Of a stretch of 64,000 bases of DNA, positions 11,200-25,083 are shown in pieces. A program made the position numbers and the translations under genes. Positions within the stretch are counted from its first letter, which is position 1. The number at the start of each line of letters is the position of its first letter. The notes beneath the pieces were generated by a model. That model worked only from the letters and a program-made list of their open reading frames with translations. It was not told the DNA's origin and searched no databases. The DNA comes from Octopus bimaculoides (Eukaryota): the NCBI RefSeq assembly GCF_001194135.2, contig NC_068997.1, positions 30,363,461-30,427,460 of the forward strand, written 5' to 3'.

Positions 11200-12045
11200 T
11201 AAATCACAAACTTTGTTCTTAAATTGCCTTCTGATGTTATTTCTCATGCTTCACAAAAGCGCATGTATTGGGCCTCTTATTTTGCATCCTTTCCTCACAT
11301 TGGTGACTTTACACATTGTTTACATACTACCTTCTTCACTACACTAAAAATTGATGACTCTCTCCATGCGTTACTTTGGTGACTACCACCATTCATAAGA
11401 AATCTTTTTGTTGCCTACAAAGGTAGTAGTTCTCTAAACTATTCTTATTCTTATCCCTATTCTTATTCTAGAAACAATACTTTTAAAGCATCCTCCACCA
11501 TTACTGATTTGGTCACCTAAGTAGCAGAAACTATCTACTACCCCAAGAGAGCCTCCTGGGCATTTCAGAGAGACCAAGTTCCATGTGCTCTTAGTGTTTA
11601 TTGTTCCTACATGTCAGCCACACACAAAACGGACTTTATCTGTTAACCTACCAGTGATTCTCCTGCATCACTTATGTGTCCATAGCTTACGTTAGGTGCA
11701 GCGAATGGAATTACTTCCCACTTCTTGCCTACACATTGAGCAGGGCCATACACCTGATGGAAAGAGAGTCTTAACTGCTTTCTTGCTAACAACAACTTTA
11801 GTCTTTGTTAGGTTAACTTTCAGGCTCGTCGATTCCAGGTTTTGCTTTCATATCTGGAATTTCTTCTCCAATTCTGCTACAGATTCTGCAATAAGAGCGA
11901 GGTTGGCAGTGTATAGTAGTTCCCATAGACAGTTTTGAATTCCTCTGTTATAGCCTGGAGAACTGCTGTGAAAAACAGTGGACTAAGAACTGAGCCCTGG
12001 TGAATCCGTATCTGTATGTTAAATTCTATGGTCTTAATGTTATCT
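11200..12045 (-). mobile_element. Degenerate RTE-clade LINE fragment
   Basis: GIHQGSVLSPL...ANLALIAESVAELEKKFQIWKQNLES; homologous to the copy at 13968-14465. Confidence 0.8.
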
Positions 12046-12077
12046 GTATGCTAAAAGCCACTACACTATAAGCCAAT

Positions 12078-12370
12078 GGGCATATAGCATAGTGCTTAAG
12101 AGAGCAGGCTACTAACTCCAAGATTTCGGGTTCAATTCCAGGCAGTGACTTGAATTTATAATAATAACATCAACAAAAAATACCTTAGGAATGAGAACAA
12201 TGTACCCCATTAGTCAAATAAAGGCTTGCGTTCAAAATTTCACCAGGACACCTGATAAAGGCTGGAGAGTACATCAGCTGAAACATTGTGGTAACAACAA
12301 ACAAGGTGAGGACACCAACCCGTCCAATGTAAATAATGTACATAATTCCTCATCTATAAAATATAAAACT
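12078..12370 (+). mobile_element. SINE-like element with a tRNA head and a decayed hammerhead-type 3' module
   Basis: A box TAGCATAGTGC (~12085), B box GGTTCAATTCC (12129-12139); GACAC-CTGATAA-A-GGCTG/CAGCT-GAAAC-ATT-GTGGT at 12247-12292. Confidence 0.6.
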
Positions 12371-12390
12371 ATATATATATATATATATAT

Positions 12391-15095
12391 ATCATCATCA
12401 TCATCATCGTTTAACGTCTGCTTTCCATGCTAGCATGGGTTGGACAATTTGACTGAGGACTAGTGAACCAGATGGCTACACCAAGCTCCAATCTGATTTG
12501 GCAGGGTTTCTACAGCTGGATGCCCTTCCTAACGCCAACCACTCCGACAATGTAGTGGGTGCTTTACGTGCCACAGGCACGAAGGCCAGTCAGGAGGTAC
12601 TGGCCACGGCCACACTCCAAATGGTGTATTTTATGTACCACCTGCACAGGAGCCAGTCCAGCGGTACTGGCAACGAACTCGTTCGAATGTCTTTGCACGT
12701 GCCACTGGCACAAGTGCCAGGAAGGCGATGTTGGTAATGGTCACGCTCAAATGGTGCTATTTATGTGCCACCGGCACGAAAGCCAGACAGCTAGTTCTCA
12801 TGGCGACGATCACGCTCGAACGGTGCTCTTAGAGATTTACTGGTACTGGTGCCATTATGATTTCGCTTTCGCTTGCCCCAATAGCTCTTTGCAAGCCGAG
12901 TTTAGTGTTCAATAAAAGAGACTTTGGCATGGGTGCCAGTCTATAAATTTAGTTCGATTTCGATTTCACTTGCCTCAACAGGTCTTCGCAAGCGGAGTTT
13001 AGTGTCCAATGAAGGAATGTTACACGTAAGTGGGCTGGCTACATACCTGGCAGAGACCTTGGATTTTGGTCTCACTTGGCTTGCCGGGTCTTCTCACACA
13101 CAGCATATTTCCAAAGGTCTTGGTCACTACTCATTGCCTCGGTGACGCCTAATGTTCGCAGATTGTGCTTCACCACCTCATCCCGGGCCTTCCTGGGTCT
13201 ACCTCTTTCACAGGTTCCCTCAACCACTAGGATGTGACACTTTTTCACACAGCTATCCTCATCCATTCTGGCCACATGACCATATCATTGCAATCGTCTC
13301 TCTTGCACTCCACAACTCATGCTTCTTAGGGCCAACTTTTCTCTCAAGATACTTATACTCTGTCGGGTATTCACACTGACATTACTCATCCATCGGAGCA
13401 TACTGGCTTCATTCCTTGCAAGCTTACGCATGTCCTCAGCAGTCACAGCCCATGTTTCACTGCCATGTAGCATGGCTGTTCGTACAGATGCGTCATACAG
13501 TCTGCCTTTTACTCTGAGTGAGAGACCCTTTGTCGCTGCAGAGGTAAGAGCTCTCTGAACTTTTCCCAGGCTATTCTTATTCTAGCAGCTACACTTTCAG
13601 TGCACCCTCCCCCTCTACTAACTTGGTTACCCAGATATCGGAAGCTATCAACTACGTCCAGTTTGTCTCCCTGGAATGTGACAGAAGTTGTTTTCTACAC
13701 ATTTTCAGTGTTTATTGGACCTGAACATATGCCACATACAATAACTAACTTCCTAGTTAACCTGCCTTTGATATTGCTGCACCTCTTATGTGTCCATAGC
13801 TTGCACTGGATACATCTTATAGAATTTCTACCTACACCTTTCCTACAGATCGAGCAAGGTCATCTACCTGAAGCGGTTTGTGTTTTGTCTACCTTCCTAC
13901 TTATTAGGACTTTGGTTTTAGCTAGGTTGACTCTAATGCCCTTCGATTCTAGTCCCTGCTTCTACACCTAAAACTTCTCCTCTAGTTCTGATAGTGACTC
14001 AGCAATTAGTGCAAGGTCATCGGCTTGGAGGAGTTCCCAGGGGCATCCTGTCTTGAATGCCTCTGTTATCGCCTGGAGGACTATGATAAATAGGAGGGGA
14101 CTGAGGACAGAACCTTGGTGGACCCCTACCTCTACCCAGAATTCTTCACTGTACTCATTGCCAACCCTCACCTTACTGACAGCGTCTCTGTACATGGCTC
14201 GCATAGCTCTCACTAACCATCTTTCTATCCCTAGTTTCTTCATTGACCACCAGATAAGAGATCGGGGGACCCTGTCAAAGGCTTTCTCCATGTCAACGAA
14301 AGCCAGGTACAGAGGTTTATCCTTGGCTAGGTATTTCTCCTGCAGCTGTTTTACCAGAAATATAGTATCAGTGGTGCTTTTCCCTGGCTCGAACCCAAAC
14401 TGCATCTCATCTAAACTGAATCGCTCCCTAATTAGTTGGTCTATGACCCTCTCCGTGACTTTCATTACCTAATTTAACAACTTGATACCTCTGTAATTAT
14501 TTGTATCTAAAGCGTCACCTTTACCTTTGTAACAGTTGACTATGGTGCTGCTACACCAGTCATTGGGTATGACTCCTTCATGTATCACCTGGTTAACAAT
14601 ACGGGTGACTAGGCTATAGCTGACACTGCCAGATATTTTGAGCATCTCTGCAGTGATTCCTGATGGGCCGGGGGCCTTCCCTGTCTTCATACACTTAATT
14701 GCTTTATCTACCATGGTACTGTCAATTCGGATAGCTGGTCCCTCTGTTGGGTCGACATTTGGCAGACTCTCTTTCTCCCATTCATTCTCTTTATTGAGCA
14801 GTCTTTCATAGTGGCGTCGCCAAACCTCTTTAATTGCAGCCTCGTTCAGTGCAAGTGTACCATCATCCATGCAGACACATTTCTCTCCTACAACATCATG
14901 ATTCTCTCTCACACACTGTCTTGCAACACGAAATACTTCAAGTCTTTGGTCCTCACAGTGCAGAACATTGGCAACCTTTTTCTTATCTGCTTCCCCTCTG
15001 GCTAAGTAAACCTGTCTCCTAGCTTCCCTTCTAGAAGTCTCATACAATTCCTGCTACCTCTGTTCTTCCAGTCCTTCCAAGCGTGTTTCTTTTGT
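12391..15095 (-). mobile_element. 5'-truncated RTE-clade LINE with RT and long 3' UTR, (GAT)n tail
   Basis: RT ORFs 14469-15047 and 13968-14465 (KAPGPSGIT, QFGF, FVDMEKAFD, GVHQGSVLSP, QADD); LHGSETW C-terminus; (ATC)n at 12391-12408. Confidence 0.93.
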
Positions 15096-15110
15096 CTATA
15101 TATATATATA

Positions 15111-15500
15111 CTCTTTTACTTGTTTCAGTCATTTGACTGCGGCCATGCTAGAGCACTGCCTTTAGTCAAGCAAATCAACCCCAGGACTTATTCCTTGGAA
15201 GCCTAGTACTTATTCTATCGATCTCTTTTGCTGAACCGCTAAGTTACGGGGACGTGAAGACGCCAGCATTGGTTGTCATGTGATGTTGGGGAGACAAACA
15301 CAGACACACAAACATACACATAGATATATACATATATACGATGGGCTTCTTTCAGTTTCCATCTACCAAATCCACTCACAAGGCTTTGGTCGGCCCGAGG
15401 CTATAGCAGAAGACACTTGCCCAAGGTGCCACGCAGTGGGACTGAACCCGGCACCATGTGGTTGGTAAGCAAGCTACTTACCACACAGTCACTCCCACGC
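15111..15500 (-). mobile_element. Full-length, uninterrupted tRNA-derived SINE (empty target-site control)
   Basis: GGAGTGACTGTGTGGTAAGTAGCTTGCTTACCAACCAC head, B box GGTTCAGTCCC, internal microsatellite, tail matching 5230-5400. Confidence 0.92.
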
Positions 15501-16289
15501 CATATATNNNNNNNNNNNNNNNNNNNNNNNNNNNNNNNNNNNNNNNNNNNNNNNNNNNNNNNNNNNNNNNNNNNNNNNNNNNNNNNNNNNNNNNNNNNNN
15601 NNNNNNNNNNNNNNNNNNNNNNNNNNNNNNNNNNNNNNNNNNNNNNNNNNNNNNNNNNNNNNNNNNNNNNNNNNNNNNNNNNNNNNNNNNNNNNNNNNNN
15701 NNNNNNNNNNNNNNNNNNNNNNNNNNNNNNNNNNNNNNNNNNNNNNNNNNNNNNNNNNNNNNNNNNNNNNNNNNNNNNNNNNNNNNNNNNNNNNNNNNNN
15801 NNNNNNNNNNNNNNNNNNNNNNNNNNNNNNNNNNNNNNNNNNNNNNNNNNNNNNNNNNNNNNNNNNNNNNNNNNNNNNNNNNNNNNNNNNNNNNNNNNNN
15901 NNNNNNNNNNNNNNNNNNNNNNNNNNNNNNNNNNNNNNNNNNNNNNNNNNNNNNNNNNNNNNNNNNNNNNNNNNNNNNNNNNNNNNNNNNNNNNNNNNNN
16001 NNNNNNNNNNNNNNNNNNNNNNNNNNNNNNNNNNNNNNNNNNNNNNNNNNNNNNNNNNNNNNNNNNNNNNNNNNNNNNNNNNNNNNNNNNNNNNNNNNNN
16101 NNNNNNNNNNNNNNNNNNNNNNNNNNNNNNNNNNNNNNNNNNNNNNNNNNNNNNNNNNNNNNNNNNNNNNNATGCCTATTTATTTATTATATTACATGTG
16201 TATGTTAATGCAGCAGAAACAATTGTTGGATTTTAAGGTGTAATTTAAAACAAAGATATGATTTCTTCAAACATATTATTTGTTGTTAT

Positions 16290-17050
16290 ATATATATATA
16301 TATATATATATAACAGAAACTCTGTGTGTATGTATGTGTGTGTGTGTGCAAGTTCGAAGATTTATAACTTGAGTTCCACCAGACCGATTTGATTGAAATT
16401 TCAGACATGCATTTGGTATGTTCCGAGGCATATTTTAGTCATAACAACTGCTTTGATCAATGTTTGGTTTTCACAAAAACTTGATCGATATTTATTGATT
16501 TTTTTAAAAAGCTGTCCGATTTTAATTGAACTTGACATACCAATGTATTCTTACCCAAGGTTTTTTGTTTCATTATTATGTTTTTCAAATTCCATTTCGT
16601 TTGAGCCCAGCATGGGAAAATCCGACACAAAAATGCCTTTAAGACAGGCCATAGCGCCAGAATCATTGAGCCGATTTAAACCAAACTTGGTAAACGAATG
16701 CATTTTCACCCAACGAGTGTTATACCATGGTTCATTTCATTAAATTGCACTTTGTTTGAGCACAATTTGACAAAGTCATATTTGAACAAAATGCTTTAGT
16801 TGAGGTAGCTCCTAATTTATTTTTCTTAGAACACTGAGCCCATTCCTTTTCCATTACATAAACAATTAATCTCCACCACGGTGTGCACACACATTGTAAC
16901 CCCACGTGACCTCAAAATAGCCACTGCCAATAACAGTAATCATCCGGCATTGAGGCTTTCCATTGCAATAAATGAAAGCGATTTCTATGTGTAGCATGAG
17001 ATAGTTAAAGCAATAACAGCCTCTGCACTGCACAAGCTACTGGTAAGTAC
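16290..17050 (+). mobile_element. Possible non-autonomous Helitron-like repeat
   Basis: (TA)n then TGTGTG start and repeated CCGATTT..A..AAA motifs typical of such elements; 3' end not clearly defined. Confidence 0.3.
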
Positions 17051-18029
17051 TTACTACTTCCGTCATCGATTTCTCTAGCAATAGTAACCAGCGTTGCACA
17101 GGTCTTAATAAATTACCATGAAACAGCGAAAACATGAGGCCTTACACTTGAGAAAAGACGGTTTGAGGCACAACATTGTCAAAGCAATAACCTTGGACAC
17201 CTCTTTCACAACTCTAGCATCACCCCTTCATAGTCAGCGAATGAACTTTTCAGCCTAGCCTCGTCTTAGACATCTTCTACTTGATATACCACCTCATCCT
17301 TTTATCATCTTCCTGTGCCACGAAATTTAATGGCAGAAAATATATCTGTCCACCTCAATTACCCCAAGTACCACCTTTATCTTGCTACCTCTGATACTAA
17401 TCATGGTGTCTAAGTAACAAGGGGTAGAATAAGGCTTGTTGGTATCTTGTGTACCCTCCATTTACCCTCTTGTACTGATACTCATCGCTCCCTCTTCCTC
17501 AGGTTATTCTTTTATTGAGCTCCATCAACCTCTTATCATCTTAACCACTCATCATTCACACACTCATTTGCTCATTCATTACTGGCATCCATCACACTCT
17601 TTTACCATTGATTATTCCTTTGAATATTCATCATTTGACTAGTGAACATGTACTTGTCCACAGAAAAAGGACTAAATTCAGCTGTTAGTGGGACATCTGT
17701 TACGTATATCCCATCGATCACATCTAGCTACCTCCATTTTCCTTCTTGCCTAAGTTTGCACTGTTGCTATTGTTTCATCCATGTGCATTTTTTTTTGTTG
17801 AAGCATTTATTGTATTAACATCTGATATAAATGTTTTCTAGCAGTATGATGTCCATTAGCACTGTTCACTCTGTTGGTGTGGTGACACATTCTACTCCTT
17901 ATAATAATATCCATTTGCTTTTTTCTCATTGGATTAAGTCTGAATAGGTTTTCTCTTTTGTCTTTATCATTAGCAACTACAGAATCTCCTACTTCTTCTC
18001 TTTGATCATACACCCCTTAATCAAAATGT

Positions 18030-19480
18030 CCCTGGATGTGTGTGACAGCCTAGACAACCTCCTCAGCAGTGACCTGACAGGACCTGACAGGATGCATAAT
18101 ATCAGTATGGATGTAGTGTCCCTATACCCATCTATTGATGCTGATTTTGTAATGGAGAAATGCGTGGAGATGATCAGTGAGAGCGGTTTGGAGTTTTGTG
18201 GTGTTGGCACAGAGGAACTGGGCTTCCTCCTTAGACAAACACGTCCTTAGCTGTTTCTAACCCAGTAGACAAATAAGATGGAAAACCCCTACTATAAGCT
18301 TAATAGCCAAGAAGAACCCTTCAGAAAGATGGAACACATATTTGATAGGTGCAATTACCGATGTTACACGAAAGGGTCACATGTTCAAGCCTAAGAACAA
18401 GATATATGCCTAAGAAGAGGGTGCAGCCATTGGTGTCACTATCGCTGGTAATGTAGTTAACCTCTTTATGGTATGGTGGGACAGGATATTTAAAGAACGT
18501 TTAGTAGAGAGCTCCATAACCCTAACCATGTACTCCTGCTTTGTGGATGATATCAACATAGTGGCAGAAGCACCTCTACAAGACAGTGTTTATGAACTGG
18601 AGGCTAGCACCATGGAGAACATCCAAGAAATAGCTAACTCCATCCATCAGAGTGTTAAAGTAACAGTAGATTACCCTAGCAAGCACCCCAACTACAGCCT
18701 ACTGATTTTAGATATAAAATTCTTGCTGGAAACTAGGAATAACAAGGACTAGATTCTTCATTCCCACTATGACAAACCCATGACCTCCAAACACCTTGTC
18801 CACCAGAAAGCAGCAATTGTGGATAGCAAGTTCAATATCCCAATAGCAGACTTGATAAGTGTGATGAGAAACATGTCTCATTTGTGCAACCCAACAGAAC
18901 TATAGTGGTACATACAACACTTCATTCACTGCATGCATTTCTCTGGGTATGGCCAAAAGGAGACAGGATCAGGATGTATGAAGGAGTCAGGGCAAAATAC
19001 AAGTCCATCATGGAGAAGAACCCAAATGGGATCTGCCTGCAATACAGCAGTAGATTCTGGAATAGCATAGAAAGAACCAAGAAGATAGATAAGACCAACT
19101 CATGGTACGACAATCCCGAACACCAAAGTGTCATGTTTGTTGATGCTACCCCTGGAGGTGAAATAGCATATCTTTTGAGGAAAAACATGCATAAGATGAA
19201 TATATGAATTAAAGTAGTAGAAAGGCCAGGGACTCCATAAAATTCTTGATCAGTCAAATATAGCCATTTGAAAGAACCCCTTGTACGGATAATAGCTGTA
19301 TAGTGTGTCGGATAAGACCACAGGTAAATGCTAAAACCAGTAATGGAGTTTATAGTATCAGGTTTATTGAAGGACATGCAGAAACAGGACAATAACAAAC
19401 ATTGGGGAGACTGCACGGTACATAGATGAGTGAATAAGTGAATACTGGCAGGAGCTCAAGGAGGGCGTATATACAAACAG
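18030..19480 (+). mobile_element. Degenerate Penelope-like element (RT plus GIY-YIG start)
   Basis: SMDVVSLYPSID, CFVDDINI, VTVDYPSKHP..LLILDI; downstream CIVC, NGVYSI and IGETAR. Confidence 0.75.
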
Positions 19481-19597
19481 TATAATACTTAAACTCATAT
19501 ACAGGCACAACACACTCATACACATATTAAAGGCAAAATGAGAGAGAGCAGAAAATAAATAAATGAATAAGTAAGTAAATAGATAAGACATGCGTGC

Positions 19598-19628
<31 letters not shown>

Positions 19629-19844
19629 GGTACAGACATAAATGCATGTGTGGTTGAGGGACACAACAGAAAGACAAAATGGAATAAAGAGAAAGAGATG
19701 AAATATGTGGGATATAGTCACAGATGGGGTCACAAGATGTATGACGAAAACCCTTGAACGAAGGCACTAAAATAATAACGGTGAAGTGAAGACCAAGTAT
19801 ACAGTGCATGTGTTTATGACAATCCCCAAATATAACAATATATA

Positions 19845-21530
19845 TCATCATCATGATTATCATCATCTAACATCCATGCTCCATGCATGCATGGGTAGGA
19901 CACTTGATAGGAGCTGGCCAGGTAGAAGAGTACCCCAGATTACTGTGTCTGTTTTGGCAGGGTTTTTATGGATGGATGCCCTTCCTAACACCAACCACTC
20001 TGCAGAATGAGCTGAGTGCTTTTTACATGGCAGCAGTACAGGCGAGGTCAGATTTGGCATTATTTTTACAGCCCTTCCAAATGCCAACCACTTTACAGTG
20101 TAGACTGGATGCATTTTATATGGCCCCAGCACCGGCAGGGGCAGCAAGACAAGGAATTTTGAGAGGGGTAGGATCATTGAAGGAGGAGATCTTGTGTCAG
20201 ATGATGAAAGGTTAGAGTGTGACTGAGATACAGAGAGACAAAAACATGTGTTGTGCTATAAAGGAGGTATTTGGTAACACAGCTAGGGGAAGTGAGGAAA
20301 GAAGAGAAAGAGAGGGAAAAGAAGGGATGGGGAAGACACGGGGAGAAGGAGAGAAAGATGTACAAGAAAAAAGACAGAAACTGGTGCGCTGTAGTAAAGA
20401 AGATACTTGATTATCTAGCCTGAGGGAAAAACAGGGGAGAGAGAGAGAGATCAAGAATGAGGGCAGAAATAGGTGTGCTGTTGTAGAGGAGATACATGGC
20501 TACCCAATTAGAGGGAAGAGTAAAGGAAAGAAAGAAAGAGACAGAAATTGGGAAACAGCAAAAGTGCAAGAGAGAGCAGGATTGAGATGCTGGTGAAGTG
20601 CCAGGGTATACTCACAAGTAACAAGGATCAGAACATAGATTTGAAGAGAGAGTAAGAGAGAGGTACAGGGGTCAAATTAGATGTGGTCAGGTATTGCTAG
20701 AAAGTGCAAATAGGGAGTGGGGATTGCAGAGACTTGCAAAAACCTGGATATTAAGATGGGGTGGGAGAAAGCAACGATACAGTGAGCAGGGTAGTGAGGG
20801 CAGGATTGGGGAGTTGGAGACAATCATAGTGTATGAAGAGGAAATGTGAGGAAGAGAAAGATGCAGTTTAGAAGAGGAGATGTAGTTCAGTTTCTTGGGG
20901 TAGGGTGTGTGAAAAGTTCATTGTTACATGTGGGTGGGACACAATGCTTCTAGCACTCAGTTTTGTTGACGTGGATGGTCTTCTCTGGAACCTCATGTCA
21001 CCAAACTTCTTGGTCCATTGTTATTTCCTCTCTGAGTACTAACATCCTTAGATCAGTCCTCACCACTTCATCCCATGCCTTCCTGGGTCTCTCTCTTCCA
21101 CAAGTACCATCCACTTTCAATGACAGGCATTTCTGTATACAGCTGTCTTCACACATATGCATCACATATCCTGACCAGTGCATTTTTCTTTCCTGTATGC
21201 CACATTTAATGCTTCTTATACCTAACTTTTCTCTCAACACAGTTGTGCTTTGTTAGTCATGCACACTGATGTTGCAAATTCGATGGAGTATACTACCTTC
21301 ATTCCTCTCCAGTCTATGCATGTCCTCTGCATTCAGAGCCCATGTCTCCCTACGATGGAGTATAGCCACTCATGCACAAGCATCATACAATATACCTTTC
21401 AGTCCCTGAGAGACAGAGTCCTTTTGTTGCCAAAAGAGATAGCAGTTCTCTGAACTTCTTCCATCCTATTCTTATTCTAGAAACAATACTTCCAGAGCAT
21501 TCACCACCTTTACTAATTTGGTCACTATTT
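19845..21530 (-). mobile_element. Degenerate RTE LINE 3' end with long UTR
   Basis: LREKLGIRSIKCGIQER...GRERPRKAWDEVV; (CAT)n tail and GGATGCCCTTCCTAA motif shared with 12391-12560. Confidence 0.75.
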
Positions 21531-21699
21531 TAATGTAGTTACTTGTCACCAATTATTATAGTATCGCTACTATCATTGACGATATTTGGGTGAATTTTGG
21601 GAAGTACACCCACACAATTTTCACCAAGAAAAAAAGAAGAAAAAACCCCTCAGATTTGTTTGACTTATGAGACCTCCCCTTAAGTCTGTTCTGTAAAAA

Positions 21700-24312
21700 T
21701 ATAGGTGGCTGTCCCAATAGTAAATATAACTCAGCAGCTGAATTGAAAGAAAAATTGAAAATCTTGTTTCCTGAAATGCTGTCGGATAAATTAGGTCTCT
21801 GTTCTAAGATTGAGGCTTGTTTTCAAATAAAGGAAAACATTGTACCTGTATACAAACCTGATAGAAAGGTACCATTTGCTGCGATAAAGGAGGTATAGGA
21901 AGAATTAGACAGACTGGAAAAATTAGGAATTATTCAAAAAGTAGGTTATCCTAAGTGGGCAGCACCAACGGTTGTATTAAAAGAAAATAACAAAATCAAG
22001 GTGTGTGCTGATTTTTCTACTGGTTTGAATGACTGTCTAAAAATGTGCCACTATTCACTGCCTATTCCGGAGGATACTTTTGCAAAATTAAATGGTGGAG
22101 GAGTGCTCAAAGCTTCTAACAGTGAATACGCAAAGAGGACTATACAAATATAAAAACTTGCCCTTTGCTCTGGAGGTCACACCAGTAATATTTCAACAGG
22201 TTATGAATGCGATGCTGGCAGACTGTTCCATACCTCGATGATGTATTAATTAAAACAGAATCTCGTGATCAGCATATCGAACATATGAAGTGTGTTTTAA
22301 AAACATATTAATGTTTCACACTCAGTGAGGAGAAATGGGAATTCTTTTTGCCTAAAATTAAATATTTAAAACAAATTATAGATAAAAATGGAAGACCACC
22401 TGACCCATCGAGGGCAGATGCAATAAGAAATATGCTTCCACAAACATAGCGACACTATAAGCTTTTCGGTGGTTCATGTGTCACATGCTCTGATTGCAGA
22501 AGAAGAAACTACCATCAGATAGAGAAAGAAGCTCTGGTAATTATTTTTGCTGTGAAGAAATTTCACAGATTTCTCCACAGCAGAACATTTTGTCTTCAGA
22601 TGGACCACCAACCGTTACTATCATTTTTGGATTGACAGCAAACATATTACAACATTAGGGTACAATATTGTTAAATTACAACTTTTAGATGGAATGCATT
22701 CCTTCTAAAAAAATTAGTCATGCGGATTGTTTATCTAGGCTAATTTCAAAGAATGCAGAACTGCTGGAAGATAGGGTGATAGCTTTATTACAATCAGAAA
22801 AAGAAATTAAAAACGTTGTGTAATGTCATTCAGGAGTTGCCAGTAACTGTGCAAGATATCAAAAGTAAATCAGCTGAGAATAAATACATCATAAAAATGA
22901 AAGAAACCTTGAAAAATAACCAAAGGAGAAACATATGAATCATTTTTCACTCTGCACTGATATATGAATGTATGCACAAAGATTGGTAGCACCAATTGCA
23001 CAACAGACATGGATATTAGATAAATTTCATAATGGACACCCAAGGATACCAAGAATGAAAGCTTTGATGAGGAGTTACATGTACTGGCCGACAATAAACT
23101 GCGACAAAAAATTTGGTAAAATCATGTAGAGGATGGATAGTCCGTGGTCCAGGGTACATATAGACTATGCTGGACCAGTGAATGGCACGTACTACTTGAT
23201 TGTTGCTGACATATTTACCAAGTGGCCTGAAGTATGTAGGTGCAATCAACCTACCTCAAAGGCAATAATAAAGCTCCTGCACAAATTTTTGCTCCATACG
23301 GTGTTCCAGACATCATAGTATCAGACAATGGGACACAATTTACAGGATGCAAGTTTAAGAAGTTCTGCAAAATGCATGCAGTCAAGCAAATGTTTACCCA
23401 ACTCTACCATGTCGAATGGACAAGCAGAATGATTTGTAGATACTTTCAAGAGTGCGTTAAGAAAAAGCAAGGAACAAGCTAGGAAATGACGAAGTGCTAA
23501 CTAAATTCATAAGGGTATATAGAATAGCACCCAATCCAAATACCACTTCAGGCAAGTCGCCTGCAGAGCTAATGTTCACTTGTAAGATTAAGTTGAGCTT
23601 TGACAAATTGTTGCCAATGGAAAAAACATATAGGGAAAAAACAAAAATTTCAACCAAACATTTTGATGTCGGAGACAAAGTTTATTTTAAAGTATACAAG
23701 AATGATAAAGAGAGTTGGCAGGATAGTGTAGTGACTAAAAGAATTGGGGAAAATGATGTATTTAATAAAAAGCCAATGATGGGAGCATAAAAGACACCTA
23801 AATCAATTAAAAACCAGACATACAGAAGAAAGAAAAGAAATTCCAATGGAGGCGTTTTATGACATGTTTGATGTGCCAGCACTGAAAGAGTTTGAGCCTA
23901 GAAGGAGATGTAACAGAAAGCAAAAATAGACTGAAAATTTACAAATAATTTCTAAACGGAAAAGGCGCTGAACTCTCTAGGGAATCAAAATCTCGAAAAG
24001 GGAGGGGTGTTGGAGAGAAAAATATACACGAAATTTTGTTTCCTACAAAAGTCGAAATCTCAAAGGGGAGATGTGGCGAGACACCCCCAGTGTAAATAAA
24101 CTTGATTCAATAACTTTAAATAGTAGTGGTCTGAATGAGAGAGAGATAATAGGTGTTAATCACAGTGAAATCATAATGTATTGTTTGGATAATTTGTCGG
24201 AATATTATTGGTCGGTTCGTGTATAGTTCCTGAAGAGTTTGTTGGATTGTTATATTGTGTTATCCTGCTTTGTTATATGTTTATTCTTACTGCACAGTTA
24301 TAGTGTAAAACA
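21700..24312 (+). mobile_element. Degenerate Ty3/Gypsy pol (RT, RNase H, integrase) with PPT and probable 3' LTR
   Basis: WAAPTVV..KIKVCADFSTGLN, YLDDVLI, QIEKEAL..FAVKKFH, PWSRVHIDYAGP, VPDIIVSDNGTQF, TTSGKSPAELMF; PPT followed by TG at ~23995-24009 and 24062-24073. Confidence 0.9.
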
Positions 24313-24954
24313 ACCATTTAGAAAAACAAAACCTCAGATTTTTTGTGTGGAATCAAGTACCCTGATCTCCAAATGTGCCGCAAACCCCTTATTTTTGTTT
24401 GGAAAAAAGGGCAAGTGCGAAACTGGACCCCTGCCTCCTGGGATCATTAAAACATTTTTTTTTCTTGAATGAATTATGGTAACCTCCTAATATGCCACAA
24501 AACCATTTTTTTGTCAGGAAAACAGAGTAGAGTGGGGGGTGGATCCCTCGGAAATTTCACACATCCCCACTCCTCCCCCACTGGGAAGTACACTCACATG
24601 ATTTTCACTAATAAAAAAGATAAACTCAGATTTTTTGCATGGAATCAAGTACCTTGACCTCTTACTGTGCTGCAAACCTCTTATTTTTGCTTGGAAATGC
24701 ATGTCTTCTGCATCTAGAGCTCATGCCACACTACCATGGAGTATAGCCACTTGTGCACAAGCATTTCTCTCTACATGTCCCAATACAACCTTACCTTATC
24801 TGTAAATCTCATTATTTTCAGATCCTTATTTCAAGTTCTTCTTTGGTCTGCTTCCAGCAGACTACCCCTAAGCTGTAAACTTCTCATTTTTTAAACATTG
24901 AATCCAAAGAGAACAAAAATGGTTCTGATTAAATGATTTTGAGGCAATATTTAC

Positions 24955-25083
24955 CTGGTGTATTTCTTCTGTAAGTATTCCAATCACCCACACAATAAGA
25001 AGCCATTCTAGATAAAAAATCTGAGGTTTCAGTTCAACAAGTAACACATAGCTATAGATTCCAAGGAAAATTATATGAAATAT
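24955..25083 (-). CDS. TRPM-like cation channel exon (S1-S2 helices)
   Basis: 129 nt, phase 0/0, polypyrimidine-CAG acceptor and GTAAAT donor; IFHIIFLGIYSYVLLVELKPQIFYLEWLLIVWVIGILTEEIHQ resembles TRPM S1-S2 (F...F.YVLLV....W...L..EE.RQ). Confidence 0.85.

Noticed and set aside
17071-17105. Possible minus-strand Helitron 3' end (CTAGCAATAGTAACCAGCGTTGCACAGG)
   Set aside because: The flanking base does not fit the A|T insertion rule and no matching 5' TC end was found.
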